In this document: positions 47,672 to 58,303 of the stretch, piece by piece
How positions within the stretch are numbered: position 1 is the first letter of the stretch
How the letters are laid out: each line of letters opens with the position of its first letter
From: a virus
Taxonomy: Duplodnaviria > Caudoviricetes
Length of the DNA stretch: 64,000 bases
Strand: one strand, 5' to 3'
IMG/VR virus record: IMGVR_UViG_3300021401_000005
Span: 9,766 to 73,765 of that record
Notes under the pieces: model-generated
Seen by the model: only the letters and a program-made list of their open reading frames with translations
Databases searched by the model: none
Told to the model about the DNA's origin: nothing
Position numbers and translations under genes: made by a program

Positions 47672-48229
47672 ATGCCCAAAATCCTCGCCATCGATGCGGC
47701 GACGCAATGCGGCCTTGCTTCCGGCGAGGCCGGAGAAATTCCACGGCTCGGAACCGAACAGTTTGGGGATAGCGGGGACAACCAGCTGGAGGTTGGCGCC
47801 CGGTGCTTGAGATGGATCGCCCATCGGCTGACAGATGACCGTCCGGATGAAATTTGGATGGAGGAACCGTTGCCGTTTGGGGGGAAGGAAGGCCAATCGA
47901 GCGCGGCGTCCCGCCTCCGGCTTACCGGGCTCGTCATGGTCATCGGCTCAGCCGCGCGCCTCAAGGGCGTACCCGTACACATGGTCCGGATCACGACGGC
48001 CCGCAAAGGCTTCATCGGCCATGGCGGGCTCAAGCGCGAGATCGCCAAGAAGCGCTCGCGCGCCATGTGCCGGTTGCTCGGCTGGAACCCGATGAACGAC
48101 GACGAGGCGGACGCGGGCTGCATCTTCTGGTTCGCCAGCCTCGCCCACGGCAAGGCGCCGCTGATCTCCAAGCTGATGCACAAGCAGTGCGTCGAGGTTG
48201 TTCCGTTCCGACGGCGGGTGGCCGCATGA
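47672..48229 (+). CDS. RuvC-like Holliday junction resolvase
   Basis: ILAIDAATQCG, IWMEEP, ARKGFIGHGG, DDEADA. Confidence 0.75.
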   Translation: MPKILAIDAATQCGLASGEAGEIPRLGTEQFGDSGDNQLEVGARCLRWIAHRLTDDRPDEIWMEEPLPFGGKEGQSSAASRLRLTGLVMVIGSAARLKGVPVHMVRITTARKGFIGHGGLKREIAKKRSRAMCRLLGWNPMNDDEADAGCIFWFASLAHGKAPLISKLMHKQCVEVVPFRRRVAA

Positions 48230-48447
48230 TCGACGCCGAATGGCACGCCATGCGCAAACGCTATGAGGCGTTTCTCGCCACCGATCTGGGCAAGCTCTAT
48301 CGCGCTTACGATCACGCGACCATCGACTATTGGCGGCGCGACGGCGACGACAGCATCTCCCCAGCGCGGCTAAGGGAGCTTGACCAGATCTGCCGGGAGA
48401 AGACCAACGCCTTCGTCGCCAAGCTGATGGAACTGGCGAATGTCTGA
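48226..48447 (+). CDS. Hypothetical protein
   Basis: ATGA coupling. Confidence 0.55.
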   Translation: MIDAEWHAMRKRYEAFLATDLGKLYRAYDHATIDYWRRDGDDSISPARLRELDQICREKTNAFVAKLMELANV

Positions 48448-48769
48448 CGCGCCCGTCATCGACCACAGGGCCGAAGAGGAGGAGGCCAAGGACCGGAAGC
48501 GCGAGGCGATGCTTTGCTTCATCCGCGACGTGCTCATCGAGAGCGCCTGCGGCCTACGCACCGGCTTCGAGGCCAACAGCTTCCTCTACTGCCAGAGCAA
48601 AGAGGGCAAGGCCCAGCTGAAGCGCGTCGTCGCCATGGAGGCGGCGGCCGACGTGTTCACGCACATCGTCGGCCAATGGCAGAATGTCGATCAGAAGCAC
48701 CCGCGCCAAGACTGGGTGAAGACGATCGCCAAGCAGGCGATGGCGACGTTCATCGAGGCGTTCCGATGA
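48440..48769 (+). CDS. Hypothetical protein
   Basis: Coupled ORF. Confidence 0.55.
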   Translation: MSDAPVIDHRAEEEEAKDRKREAMLCFIRDVLIESACGLRTGFEANSFLYCQSKEGKAQLKRVVAMEAAADVFTHIVGQWQNVDQKHPRQDWVKTIAKQAMATFIEAFR

Positions 48770-48948
48770 CGATGCCCAAAGAGGTCTGGCAGTGGGAAAG
48801 CAGGCCACTGACGCGCAAGCAGGCTGAGCTATTCCAGCCACGCGGCGCGTCGCGCAAACCGTCCCAGGTCTACGACCGGGATGCGGTGAGGGAATATCTG
48901 AGCGGCAAGATCAGCCGCGAGGAGATGCTGAGACGAATAAGAAGTTGA
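48766..48948 (+). CDS. Hypothetical protein
   Basis: ATGA coupling. Confidence 0.45.
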   Translation: MTMPKEVWQWESRPLTRKQAELFQPRGASRKPSQVYDRDAVREYLSGKISREEMLRRIRS

Positions 48949-48982
48949 ACTTAGCGCCCAATTCGGAAGGCGGACCGAGCGA

Positions 48983-50179
48983 ATGGCGCGTGCAAGTAGA
49001 GCCGAATGGGAGAACTGGATCGCGCTCGCTCGAACGCGGGACATCCATGACGTCGCCGTCGAGCATGGCGCGCACCTAAAGCGCGAGGGCCACGAATGGA
49101 TCGGCCCCTGCCCGATCTGCGGCGGCCGAGACCGCTTCGCCGTCAATCAGCAAAAGCGGATCTTCAATTGTCGAGGCGCCGGCGAAGGCACCTATGGCGC
49201 GGGCGACAACATCAATCTCGTGATGCATGTCGTCGGCTGCGACTTCATCGAGGCGGTCGAGCGCATCACCGGCACGCCGCGCCCGGATCGGACCCGCGAC
49301 GAGAACGCGGACGAGCGCAAGAAACGAGAGCTACGGCACGCCGCGCTGGCGACCGAATATGCCCGCCGGGAGGCAGAAGAGCGGGCCGCGCTGGAGGCCA
49401 AGGCGGCGGCGGACGAGGCCAAGGTCGCCGACGTCATCAAGCGCGCCAAGCCGCTCGACGGGACAACCCACGCGGACGCTTACATGCGCGAGACGCGCGG
49501 CCTGACCCCGCCGCGTTGGCTCACGGGCGATCTCCGGTTTGTGGCGTCCCTTGATTATTGGGGGGCGGGCGACAACGGCTCCAACGAGCCCGTTCTCCTC
49601 GCCAGCGTACCAGCTCTGATCGCCATAATCCGAGACGCGCTCGGCGACGTCATCGGCATCTCCCAGACCTATCTCGACCCCAACGAGCCCCGGAAATGGA
49701 CGCCAACCGGGAGCCCGCGAAACAGCCCGAAGAAAATTCGCGGCAAGAAACACGGCGGCATGATCCGTCTCGGGCGTCCGGCCGAGACGATCGCGATAGC
49801 GGAGGGCTGGGAGAATGCGCTCGCTTGGTATCAGCTCGGGCTCGGCCCCGAAGAGGTGATGCTGGCCGCCGCAGTCGACCTGGGGAACCTCGCCGGCCGC
49901 GCGACCGGCCAAATCGCCCATAAGACGCTAGTCGATCCGGAAGGGCGGCCCAGGCGTATGCCCAACGGCAAGCCAGACCCGAAGGCTCCAGGCCTCATCC
50001 TGCCGCAGGGCATCCGCTCCGTGATCATCATCGCCGACACCGATTCCGAGAGCTACGCCACGGCAGGGCTTCTCGCGGTCGCGGTGCGCCGTTTCCAGGC
50101 GCAGGAACTCAACGTCGAGATCAGCTGGCCGCCGGCCGGCAAGGATTACAACCAAATTTTGCTGGAGGAGAGTCGATGA
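48983..50179 (+). CDS. DNA primase (Zn finger plus Toprim)
   Basis: GPCPICGGRDRF...FNCRG; IAIAEGWENALA; IIIADTD; PPAGKDYN. Confidence 0.85.
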   Translation: MARASRAEWENWIALARTRDIHDVAVEHGAHLKREGHEWIGPCPICGGRDRFAVNQQKRIFNCRGAGEGTYGAGDNINLVMHVVGCDFIEAVERITGTPRPDRTRDENADERKKRELRHAALATEYARREAEERAALEAKAAADEAKVADVIKRAKPLDGTTHADAYMRETRGLTPPRWLTGDLRFVASLDYWGAGDNGSNEPVLLASVPALIAIIRDALGDVIGISQTYLDPNEPRKWTPTGSPRNSPKKIRGKKHGGMIRLGRPAETIAIAEGWENALAWYQLGLGPEEVMLAAAVDLGNLAGRATGQIAHKTLVDPEGRPRRMPNGKPDPKAPGLILPQGIRSVIIIADTDSESYATAGLLAVAVRRFQAQELNVEISWPPAGKDYNQILLEESR

Positions 50180-50185
50180 GCCCAC

Positions 50186-50200
50186 TTGCACGAACTGCAA
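50186..50200. promoter_or_regulatory. Operator TTGCACGAACTGCAA between primase and helicase
   Basis: Identical to 34188-34202. Confidence 0.7.
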
Positions 50201-50216
50201 ATGCCGGGGTAGGCTG

Positions 50217-51542
50217 ATGACCGTCTACCCCGCCGTTCTGGAGCACCCGGTCGGGATCGAGTCGGGCACCGATTTCCTCAAGCGCATCGCCTTCATTTTT
50301 GAGGAGCCGGTCCGCAGCAAGTTTGGAGCTTTGTACTTGGACCAGCTCGACGATCCTGGCCCGGAGCACAATTGGCTGGTAGCTGGCTGGCTCGCCGCTA
50401 ACGAGGTTTCCGTGGTCGCCGGGGCCTCGCGCTCGGGCAAGTCATTTCTCGCCCTCGAAACCGGGTTATGCGTCGCCGAGGCGCGCCCGCTCTTTGGCTT
50501 GAAGGTCAAGCATGGCGCGGTGGTCTATCAAGCGGGCGAGGGCGCGATAGGCGTCAAAAAGCGGTTGCGTGCTTGGCGCCAGCATCACGGCCGGATCTGG
50601 ACCCGTGAGACGCCGTTCGTCTTGTTGCAGCGGCCGATCGATATCTATCACTCCACCGAAGACGTCGATTCGCTGATCGCCGAGATCTTAGCTCATGCCA
50701 AGGTTTTCGAGGACCCGCTCCGCCTCGTCGTCATCGATACGCTCGCGACCGCAACCCCAGGCGCCGATGAGAACTCGGGCCGGGACATGTCGACGGTTCT
50801 CGGGAATGTCGCGCGAATCAGCGACAAGTGCGGTTGTCACGTCATGCTCGTCCACCACCTCAACGCGGCGGGCGGCAAGCTGCGCGGCCACACATCGGTC
50901 TACGCGAATGTTGGCCAAGTGATCTTGGTCGAGCGCGACGAGGAAACCGGAATCAGGACGGTCAAGCTCGACAAACAGAAAGACGACGAAGACGGCAAGA
51001 CGATGAAATTCGAGCTGATGCAGATCACGATCGGCGTCGATGAGGACGGCGAGAAAATCACGTCATGCGTCTGCCTGCCGGTCGGCGAGAAGGACGCCGT
51101 CAGGCGCGAGGAGGAGCTGAAGGGCTTCCGCCTCAACAAGACCCAAGAGGTGTTTATGCAGGCCTTCTTCGACTGCGAGCGCCGATATGGCACCCCGGTG
51201 CCCCGAGAGGTTTCCTTGCCTGTCTATGTGCGTTCTCTGGCCCCGTGGGAGGACGTCAAGCGGATCTATGGCGACATGAGCCCATCTGATGCGCTGACGC
51301 CGGACCAGCAGACCACCGCAGAGGCGGAGATCGCCGACAGGCGCTGGAGGGAAACCATGAAGAAACGGATTCAGCGGATGCGCGAGGACTTGGAGGCGCT
51401 GGGCGTCCTGGGCGTCGTGCGCCACGAGGGAAAGACCTCAGTGTACTGGACCGGCAAGCCGCTCCGCGCGTTTCCCGAAACACAACCCCGCCAGAAGCCC
51501 GAGAGTGAAGACTCGGAGCCCGTGGCTGACGTGGATTTTTGA
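50217..51542 (+). CDS. RepA-like (AAA_25, SF4) replicative helicase
   Basis: GASRSGKS Walker A, VVYQAGEG, LVVIDTL Walker B, MLVHH, LRGHTS. Confidence 0.88.
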   Translation: MTVYPAVLEHPVGIESGTDFLKRIAFIFEEPVRSKFGALYLDQLDDPGPEHNWLVAGWLAANEVSVVAGASRSGKSFLALETGLCVAEARPLFGLKVKHGAVVYQAGEGAIGVKKRLRAWRQHHGRIWTRETPFVLLQRPIDIYHSTEDVDSLIAEILAHAKVFEDPLRLVVIDTLATATPGADENSGRDMSTVLGNVARISDKCGCHVMLVHHLNAAGGKLRGHTSVYANVGQVILVERDEETGIRTVKLDKQKDDEDGKTMKFELMQITIGVDEDGEKITSCVCLPVGEKDAVRREEELKGFRLNKTQEVFMQAFFDCERRYGTPVPREVSLPVYVRSLAPWEDVKRIYGDMSPSDALTPDQQTTAEAEIADRRWRETMKKRIQRMREDLEALGVLGVVRHEGKTSVYWTGKPLRAFPETQPRQKPESEDSEPVADVDF

Positions 51543-51543
51543 T

Positions 51544-51768
51544 ATGGCGCGCAAGACAATCCCGGCCGCCGAAGAGGTGCAGTGGATGGGCCTGTGCCCG
51601 TGCGGCTGCGGCTCGTTCAAGGCCGTGCTGGTCGACGCGAACGACAAGTGCATCGCCACGTTTGGATGGGACCGCGAGGGCTGGGTGGCGTTCACGGCCG
51701 GCGTGATCCGGCAGATTGATGGAGAGTCGATGGATGGCACGATCTGCCCAAGCCACACGGCGCATTGA
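51544..51768 (+). CDS. Small Cys-rich protein
   Basis: CPCGCG. Confidence 0.5.
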   Translation: MARKTIPAAEEVQWMGLCPCGCGSFKAVLVDANDKCIATFGWDREGWVAFTAGVIRQIDGESMDGTICPSHTAH

Positions 51769-52172
51769 TGGGTGAGAAGAAACGGCGCGGCGGCGGTCTG
51801 CACGAGCGGATCAACGCGCGCCTTCACGCGCCCGACCATCGTATGCCCCCGTCCGCCTGTCTTGAGTGCGGCAAGCTGCTCGACTGCGCCTCGGTCACCG
51901 ACGGCGAGGATGTCGCGCCCCATCCCGGTGCGATCTCGATCTGCTTCTCTTGCGGCCACATCCAAGCTTTTGGCGACGATCTGAGGTTCCGGCCACTCAC
52001 CGACGAGGAAATCTACGACATCGCCGGCCATCCAGAGATCGTCATGGCTGGAACCGTGCTCGCGCCCTGGCGCGAGCTATACGAGCAACGGGACGCGCTC
52101 ACCGAGAAGGAAATCGAGGCGCGCTTGACCATCATCATCAAGGCGATGGCCAAAGCCGAGAGGAGCCGCTGA
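51768..52172 (+). CDS. Zn-finger hypothetical protein
   Basis: CLECG...PHPGAISICFSCG. Confidence 0.6.
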   Translation: MGEKKRRGGGLHERINARLHAPDHRMPPSACLECGKLLDCASVTDGEDVAPHPGAISICFSCGHIQAFGDDLRFRPLTDEEIYDIAGHPEIVMAGTVLAPWRELYEQRDALTEKEIEARLTIIIKAMAKAERSR

Positions 52173-52381
52173 TGATGGGTCCAGGCAGATACGACGACGA
52201 AGCCACGAAGGTCATGGAAGCCACCAAAGCCAACGGCGTGATCGTCATCGTGATCGGCGGCAACAAGGGCGAAGGCTTTGCCTGTCAGGCGACGCTGGAG
52301 GTCACACACGCCTTGCCTTCGATGCTGAGACATATCGCCGATCAAATCGAGGCCGACTTCAATACGGGAGATCACCATTGA
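52172..52381 (+). CDS. Hypothetical protein
   Basis: GAGGAG RBS; MMGPGRYDDEAT. Confidence 0.6.
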   Translation: MMGPGRYDDEATKVMEATKANGVIVIVIGGNKGEGFACQATLEVTHALPSMLRHIADQIEADFNTGDHH

Positions 52382-52662
52382 ACGACGAGACCCCGAAAGA
52401 GGCTCCTCATCCCTTCCCGCGATCGGTCGAGGCGTTCGAGGAGGTTCTCAAGCGCGCGCACGACGCTACGATCGCCGCCTTCGCTGTGCTGACCATCGAC
52501 CCCGCCGGCATCGTTAAGTGGACTTGGCATTTTGGCGCCCGCCCGCAAACGGACCTGATCGGCGGCCTCGAATGTATGCGGTGGACGATTGTCACCAAAG
52601 CCATGCAGCCGGTCGAGCCGCCGCCGCCGATACCGGACCCGCCGACCAACGTGCGCCAATGA
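52378..52662 (+). CDS. Hypothetical protein
   Basis: TTG start coupled to the upstream stop; GGGAG RBS. Confidence 0.5.
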   Translation: MNDETPKEAPHPFPRSVEAFEEVLKRAHDATIAAFAVLTIDPAGIVKWTWHFGARPQTDLIGGLECMRWTIVTKAMQPVEPPPPIPDPPTNVRQ

Positions 52663-52758
52663 AAACGCCGCACGACGAGAAGTTGAAGGCGACGATTCAC
52701 GAGTGCCAATGCTCGATTGACGAGATCGAGGCCTACATCAACGATTTGAGAAGTCGAC

Positions 52759-53118
52759 ATGGAACTGTGGAAGCTCAAGCGCCTGAGACAGTGCGAGCAT
52801 TGCCCTTGGAGAAAGGCGACAAACCCCCACGACATCCCAAACGGCTACACCGAAGAGCGGCACCGTAACCTCAAGGAGACGATCGCGGCGGACCCCATGG
52901 CTTCGCTCGCCGCCTACCTCGAAGGGCGCGAGATGAAGATTATGGCGTGTCACGAAATGCAGGACACGCATTGCGTCGGGTGGCTCAACCATCAGCTCGG
53001 CCCCGGCAACAATGTGCAGCTGCGCCTGCACATGCGCGGCTGCACCAACGCCAAGGCTATTCGCCTGCGGGGTCCCCAGCACCTGACGTTTGAGGATACC
53101 TTGCCGCCCGACGCTTGA
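52759..53118 (+). CDS. Cys/His-rich hypothetical protein
   Basis: QCEHCPWRK...MACHE...HCVGWL. Confidence 0.6.
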   Translation: MELWKLKRLRQCEHCPWRKATNPHDIPNGYTEERHRNLKETIAADPMASLAAYLEGREMKIMACHEMQDTHCVGWLNHQLGPGNNVQLRLHMRGCTNAKAIRLRGPQHLTFEDTLPPDA

Positions 53119-53246
53119 GCGTGTCAGCGAGCGCGGCCTTGGCCGTCATAAATGATCGGTAATAGCCAAGGACGCAGTAGCCCTCACTGAGGACGTAGGT
53201 CCAGCCAACGATAGACTTGAACTTTGTGATGCGCATGGGGGAATCG

Positions 53247-53756
53247 TTGGGCAAGCGATCGACTTTCGCGAGGGTCGAGAGAGATCTCTACCAGACGCCC
53301 GTGGAGGCCGTCAGGCCACTGCTGCGCTGGCTCAAGCCGCAAACCCCGTTCATCGAGCCATGCTGCGGCGAAGGGGCGCTGGCGGGCATCCTAGAGGCTT
53401 CTGGGCACCGTCTCGTTGGCAGCTTCGATCTGCCGACTGACGCGCGCTCTCACTCCTACAGCCCCTATTCGGTGCCTGGAGTGATCTTCATTACGAATCC
53501 CCCCTTCTGGGGGAGGCCCAAGGAGCTGCACCCGCTGATCGAAAACTTGTCGGATCAGGCGCCAACATGGCTCCTGATGTCGGCCGATTGGCTTTTCAAC
53601 CAAACGTCCGGCCCCCTCGTCGCCAAGCGGCTGCGCCGGGTTGTCGCGATCGGCCGCGTCAAGTGGATCGAAGGATCGCCCCATGTCGGTAAGGACAATT
53701 GCGCGTGGATGCTGTTTTACAAGCACGGGCGCCGCGCCACATTCATCGGGCGATGA
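53247..53756 (+). CDS. DNA amino-methyltransferase (N6-adenine type)
   Basis: DLYQTP, IEPCCGEGAL (motif I), ITNPPF (motif IV); TTG start inferred. Confidence 0.8.
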   Translation: MGKRSTFARVERDLYQTPVEAVRPLLRWLKPQTPFIEPCCGEGALAGILEASGHRLVGSFDLPTDARSHSYSPYSVPGVIFITNPPFWGRPKELHPLIENLSDQAPTWLLMSADWLFNQTSGPLVAKRLRRVVAIGRVKWIEGSPHVGKDNCAWMLFYKHGRRATFIGR

Positions 53757-53768
53757 TATGACTGGGGC

Positions 53769-54008
53769 ATGGACTCGGCCGCAACGCTGGCTCACGACCT
53801 CTCGCCACGCGAGCGCGAATGCCTGCTGTGGGTTGCGCGCGGCAAGACCTATGCGGAAGCCGCGCTGATTATTGGAATGTCGTTCGGCTCGGTGAAAACC
53901 TACCTCGACAATGCGCGCTACAAATTGAATTGCGCCACCCTGGCCCAGGCGACAGCCAAGGCGGTCACCCTTGGCATTTTCACCGCTGACGATCTGGCAG
54001 GGCGCTAG
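53769..54008 (+). CDS. LuxR-type HTH regulator (DNA-binding domain only)
   Basis: LSPRERECLLWVARGKTYAEAALIIGMSFGSVKTYLDNARYKL. Confidence 0.88.
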   Translation: MDSAATLAHDLSPRERECLLWVARGKTYAEAALIIGMSFGSVKTYLDNARYKLNCATLAQATAKAVTLGIFTADDLAGR

Positions 54009-54331
54009 CCCAGCTTGAGCGCCTTAGCGCGCTCGCGCACTTCCTTCGCAAAGATCCACCAGTTCTCGTCCTGCGGCAGGCTGGCGACATAGCTCAACTT
54101 GAATCTTTGATGATACTTACGCGCAAACTCATCGTCGCCTGTCGCATGCGCCAGGAGCGCGAGCGCGAGTTGAGCTGGGCCGCTTCCGCCGTAACCCCAC
54201 TCGAAACCGTCAGGGGAGTGGTTGTCGAGGTCGAGGCGCAGGGGAAGTTCCCTCGTGTCAACCTCGACGTGAGTGGAGCCCTTCTCGTCGCGATAGCCGA
54301 TGTAAAGATGGTTGCGCCGCCGCCAGCTCAC
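54005..54331 (-). CDS. DUF6166-like protein
   Basis: NHSPDGFEWGYGGSGPAQLALALL. Confidence 0.75.
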   Translation of the reverse strand: MSWRRRNHLYIGYRDEKGSTHVEVDTRELPLRLDLDNHSPDGFEWGYGGSGPAQLALALLAHATGDDEFARKYHQRFKLSYVASLPQDENWWIFAKEVRERAKALKLG

Positions 54332-54534
54332 GCGGGCCTCCTGTCATCGTCGGGGGTCAGCGGGCCGTGCGGCAGCGACCAGCGGTTCGACCACAACACT
54401 TTGCGCAACTTGTAGGGCAGCGCGTCCTTGTCGATGGCCGCAAGGCCGAGATTCACCGCCTCGCGCAAGACCTCGTACTCATTGTCTGTAAGGCGCACGC
54501 GCCAGCCCCGGCGCATCCGGGCGACTTCCATCAC
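54328..54534 (-). CDS. Hypothetical protein
   Basis: GGAGTCGA RBS. Confidence 0.6.
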   Translation of the reverse strand: MMEVARMRRGWRVRLTDNEYEVLREAVNLGLAAIDKDALPYKLRKVLWSNRWSLPHGPLTPDDDRRPA

Positions 54535-54812
54535 TGTTTCGACTCCTCAAGGTTGAGAACCACGCGCGTCCCGTCTTTGAAGTTGAGAACCCCATCCGAG
54601 AACATCGAGCGCAGGAGAATCCCCGCCGTCATGCGCTTGGTTCCATTATTGCCGTCGCTCGGGATCAGCTCCTCGGCATCGAGCGCCTTGAACAGCTCGA
54701 CCATTTTCGCGAACGAAAACTTGCCGTCGTCGCCCATTGACGCCTCGCTGATGAAGCGGTCGAAGGCATCGCCCGAATGCTTGGGGTATTGGCGGCGCCT
54801 AATCCGGCTCAC
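54531..54812 (-). CDS. Hypothetical protein
   Basis: Coupled ORF. Confidence 0.6.
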   Translation of the reverse strand: MSRIRRRQYPKHSGDAFDRFISEASMGDDGKFSFAKMVELFKALDAEELIPSDGNNGTKRMTAGILLRSMFSDGVLNFKDGTRVVLNLEESKQ

Positions 54813-55240
54813 GGCAGATACTCCGCCGCCATCTGGCGCAGCACGCTGATGTGGTACGGGCGGGCGAAATGCTCATACGCCGCGCGGGCGAGCGTTTCGG
54901 CGTCGCCGCCTTTAGCGTGCTCTTTCATCCACGCGCGGACCGTCTCGGGCAAGGCGTCTTCCTGGGTCCAATCCGGCTCATCTGGCTTTTGCTTTGCCAT
55001 GAAATCGGCGTTGAGCTGCTTGAACTCGGGATCAACCACGCCGCCGTCAGGCGCCTCGCCAGCGTGGACGATCACCTTGGTGACGCGCGCGGGATCGTTC
55101 TCGGTGACCCACGGGAAGTCAGCGCTGCGCGCCATGTCGAGCGCTTTGGCTTGCGCCTCGGCGAGCCCCTCGGACACGACCTCGACTGTCGCGGTCTGGA
55201 GCGGGTATCGGGTCAGATCGATGGTGTAGCGCTGCCTCAT
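54809..55240 (-). CDS. Hypothetical protein
   Basis: GAGGA RBS; coupled. Confidence 0.6.
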   Translation of the reverse strand: MRQRYTIDLTRYPLQTATVEVVSEGLAEAQAKALDMARSADFPWVTENDPARVTKVIVHAGEAPDGGVVDPEFKQLNADFMAKQKPDEPDWTQEDALPETVRAWMKEHAKGGDAETLARAAYEHFARPYHISVLRQMAAEYLP

Positions 55241-55361
55241 AGACGTCCTCGTTTCTTTCGCACAACTGGAGTTCGATCTACGCTGAGCGCATCAAATACC
55301 GCGCCGCTTATCAGCCCGATTATGTTCACAACCAGCAGCACCAAAACGATTTCTAAGATCG

Positions 55362-55844
55362 TCAATTCGCCCTCCCGCGATCGTCCATCAGGAGGTTGTC
55401 GAAGATGCCAGAGGAGATCCGGTCCTCGGGACCGTCCAGACGGCGCAGCTCGCGCGTGCGTCCCTGGAAGTCGCGCACAATCTCCCAATGACGGTAAATG
55501 TGCGTGCCATCGCGAGAGGCGGCCATGGCGATGACCGCCTCTTTGCGGTCAGCGCGCTCGCTCGGCGGCGGTCCCGTGTATTCCGGCCCCACCTCTGCGG
55601 CTGGCAGCACGCTGTACCAAGCCTCGGTCAGCAGGCTGTAGGCGGTCGCGCTTTGCTCGCGCATCAGCGCTCGCATGAGTTCGACCGTCATCTGCTTTTG
55701 GTCGCTGTTCGCCCACGGCGTGGCGATGACCTCAAGCTTGCCCTGCGAGTGGACGAGCCAGAGCGGCGTCAGCTCCTCGCGCGTGCCGATCAGGACGCGC
55801 CGCGCCTGATCCTCGGCGAGTTTGATCATGTGCTCTAGGTCCAT
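55362..55844 (-). CDS. Hypothetical protein
   Basis: YSLLTEAW...PPSERADRKEAV. Confidence 0.6.
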   Translation of the reverse strand: MDLEHMIKLAEDQARRVLIGTREELTPLWLVHSQGKLEVIATPWANSDQKQMTVELMRALMREQSATAYSLLTEAWYSVLPAAEVGPEYTGPPPSERADRKEAVIAMAASRDGTHIYRHWEIVRDFQGRTRELRRLDGPEDRISSGIFDNLLMDDRGRAN

Positions 55845-55845
55845 C

Positions 55846-56151
55846 TCAGCCCTCCGATCCGCGCTCGTCCGCGTCATCGCCAAAGATCGCATTGCGCGCG
55901 GGATCGAACTCGACGCCGAGATCCATCGCGCGACGCTCCAGCGGACTGACCCGCGCGTACATATTAAACTTGGGCGGCGTTTCCTCCTGGGTCTCCCAAT
56001 ATTCGCGCAGCTCGGACAACGTGCGCTCGACGCCAATCAGGGCGTGCCCTAGCCCCTTCCAGTCGTCCTGCGTCAGGTGATGCACAGCGTTCACTGAAAA
56101 CCCTGCCAAGGCCTTCGCGCGCGCGATGGCGTCGCTTTTCGTTATTGTCAT
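55846..56151 (-). CDS. Hypothetical protein
   Basis: GGAGAGTCGA RBS. Confidence 0.6.
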   Translation of the reverse strand: MTITKSDAIARAKALAGFSVNAVHHLTQDDWKGLGHALIGVERTLSELREYWETQEETPPKFNMYARVSPLERRAMDLGVEFDPARNAIFGDDADERGSEG

Positions 56152-56221
56152 CGTCTCGACTCTCCACCGGGCGGATTGCCCGCGACCGCGCCACGAAACG
56201 TCGAGGCGCGCGCGCTGGCAG

Positions 56222-58225
56222 TCACGCAGCGGATTTGATAATCGCTAGGAGATCAGCCGGAAGTTGGCGATGGTACTTGAGGACGATCTTGCGCCCCAGG
56301 GCGGCCTGCTTGGCGGTGAGCCGGGGGGACGTGGCCAGCGATTTGCCGACATGCGTATCCATGCGGTTGAACCCCATGTCATCCAAGCTGGCGGCGCCGT
56401 CGCAGATGCCAGCCAGCGCACGCAGAGCCGCGTGGACGGCCAGGACGGCCTCTGGGCTAATCTTCACCGCCTCCTCGGCTACTTGCGCCTGGGTGACCGC
56501 CCTAGTGGCCGGAGGCCCCGCCCTATCGGCCGGGGGAACGTCAACCGGCTCGACGTCTGGGAGCCGTTCCTTGTCGTCGAGGGCCGCGTCGAGGTTGCGC
56601 TGCTTCTCGACGAGGATCTCCGCCGCTCTCTGTTCGTAGCTCCCGTCAAGCACAAGATGCTGGATCAGCACTGACTGATCCTGCCCCCTCCTGTGCGCGC
56701 GGTCCTCGGCCTGCGTCATATTGCCGGGGACGACATCAAGCTCCCCGAAAACGACGAGGCTCGCCGCTGTCAGCGTGATGGCCACGCCGGCCGCTTTGAT
56801 CGAGCCGATAAACAGCGTCTTGGCCGGGTTCGTCTGGAACGCATCCACCTCGGCCATGCGGTCCCGCTGCGCCGTCTCGCCGGTCACCATCACGGAGGCC
56901 GCGCCGAAATGCGCCTTGAGCGCGTTCGCCACGTCGTGGTGCCAAATCATCACGATCGTCTTGCCCTGATTCTCAATGCACTCTTCGAGGTGCGTGATCA
57001 GCTGGGGAATCTTGGCGACCGCGACCTCATGACGAACACGGCTGATCTCGGCGAAGTCCACCGCTGCGGCCTCACGCAGGGCCGCCACGGCGTTCCGATA
57101 GTCGGCTGGGTCCTCTGACGCCTTGGACAGCTCAACGGCCAGCCGTAGGGCTTCCAGGCGCTTCTCGGACGCTGCCTCGGCAGCGCTCTCCCGCGCCAGC
57201 GCTTTCTTGGCGGCGGCGCCCTCGGGGGCGATAACCACGATCTGGCGCCGCTTCGCCGGCAGTTCCTTGAGGACATCGCGCTTAAGGCGGCGAATCATGA
57301 TCGACGCGCGAAGCTTCGCCTGTAGCTCATCGAGGTTCGACGCGCCGGACACGTCCCAGCCATAGGAGCCGTGATAGCCCGCGCAGTAGCGCGTCACGAA
57401 GCTCTTCCAATTGGCGCCCAGGCCTTTCTTGTCGAGCGCCTGGACGATCGGCCAAAGCTCGATGGGCCGATTGAGGAACGGCGTTCCGCTCAGAAACACC
57501 CGGCGCCGCGCCTTGAGCGGCTCGATCTCCCAGGCGCGCGCCTTCGCGTCCCACTTGCCGAAAACCAGCGAGGTGCGCTGCGCCTTCTTATTTTTCAGGT
57601 AGTGAAATTCATCCGAGACAAGCATGTCCCACTGGCGCGCACGCAACGCATCGTGATGCTTGCTCAACATTTCATAGTTGATGATCACGACATCTGTCGC
57701 CGGAAACGCGCCATTGGCCACGCCGACAGACATGTCGCGGACCAGCCATTTCTTGGCCTCGCGCTTCCAATTGAGCTTGGGCGTGGCTGGGCAAATGATC
57801 AGCACGCTCTTGATGCTCTGATCGGCGTTGATGATGCCCAGAGCCTCGATCGTTTTGCCGAGTCCCATTTCGTCGCCGATCAGAACGCTCGGGCGATTCA
57901 TCGCGTAAGCGACCGCCGCGCGCTGGTACGCGTCAAACTTGCAGCCCTCGGGGGCTGGGATATCAACGTCTGCATCGGCCGCGCGGGAGGCCTCGATCGC
58001 CGCTGCATCGCGATCGTGCTTGGCTTGGCGTTGCGCGGTGAGGTTCGCAGCTAGCTCGCCGGGGTCCTTCCCTAGCTGGGCCGCGATTGACGCGTCCCCA
58101 GTCCACCAATATTTGTTGACGGGATCGAACCGGAAACCGGCGGCCTTAACGAGGTCTTTCGTCGCGTAGTCAAAGGGAAACCGGGCGATGAATTTGCCGC
58201 CCTCTTGCGTGACTGTGATGCTCAT
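56222..58225 (-). CDS. SNF2-family (SMARCAL1/HARP-like) helicase
   Basis: [42 protein letters not shown]; start 58225 after GGAGTCGA. Confidence 0.9.
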   Translation of the reverse strand: MSITVTQEGGKFIARFPFDYATKDLVKAAGFRFDPVNKYWWTGDASIAAQLGKDPGELAANLTAQRQAKHDRDAAAIEASRAADADVDIPAPEGCKFDAYQRAAVAYAMNRPSVLIGDEMGLGKTIEALGIINADQSIKSVLIICPATPKLNWKREAKKWLVRDMSVGVANGAFPATDVVIINYEMLSKHHDALRARQWDMLVSDEFHYLKNKKAQRTSLVFGKWDAKARAWEIEPLKARRRVFLSGTPFLNRPIELWPIVQALDKKGLGANWKSFVTRYCAGYHGSYGWDVSGASNLDELQAKLRASIMIRRLKRDVLKELPAKRRQIVVIAPEGAAAKKALARESAAEAASEKRLEALRLAVELSKASEDPADYRNAVAALREAAAVDFAEISRVRHEVAVAKIPQLITHLEECIENQGKTIVMIWHHDVANALKAHFGAASVMVTGETAQRDRMAEVDAFQTNPAKTLFIGSIKAAGVAITLTAASLVVFGELDVVPGNMTQAEDRAHRRGQDQSVLIQHLVLDGSYEQRAAEILVEKQRNLDAALDDKERLPDVEPVDVPPADRAGPPATRAVTQAQVAEEAVKISPEAVLAVHAALRALAGICDGAASLDDMGFNRMDTHVGKSLATSPRLTAKQAALGRKIVLKYHRQLPADLLAIIKSAA

Positions 58226-58248
58226 GAACTCGACTCCAGAAAGGGAAA

Positions 58249-58303
58249 ACCGGGCGGTAGGCGCCGCCCGGTCTGATATGGCACTAAACGCAAAAACCGT
58301 CAA
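58249..58303 (-). promoter_or_regulatory. Promoter TTGACG-N17-CATATC plus CGCCUA-loop hairpin
   Basis: ACCGGGCGG-CGCCTA-CCGCCCGGT immediately downstream of the -10. Confidence 0.7.

Noticed and set aside
50213-50221. Other CTGATGA strings (here and near 16179 and 52169)
   Set aside because: No matching GAAA core or stems; they are stop/start codon overlaps or gene starts.
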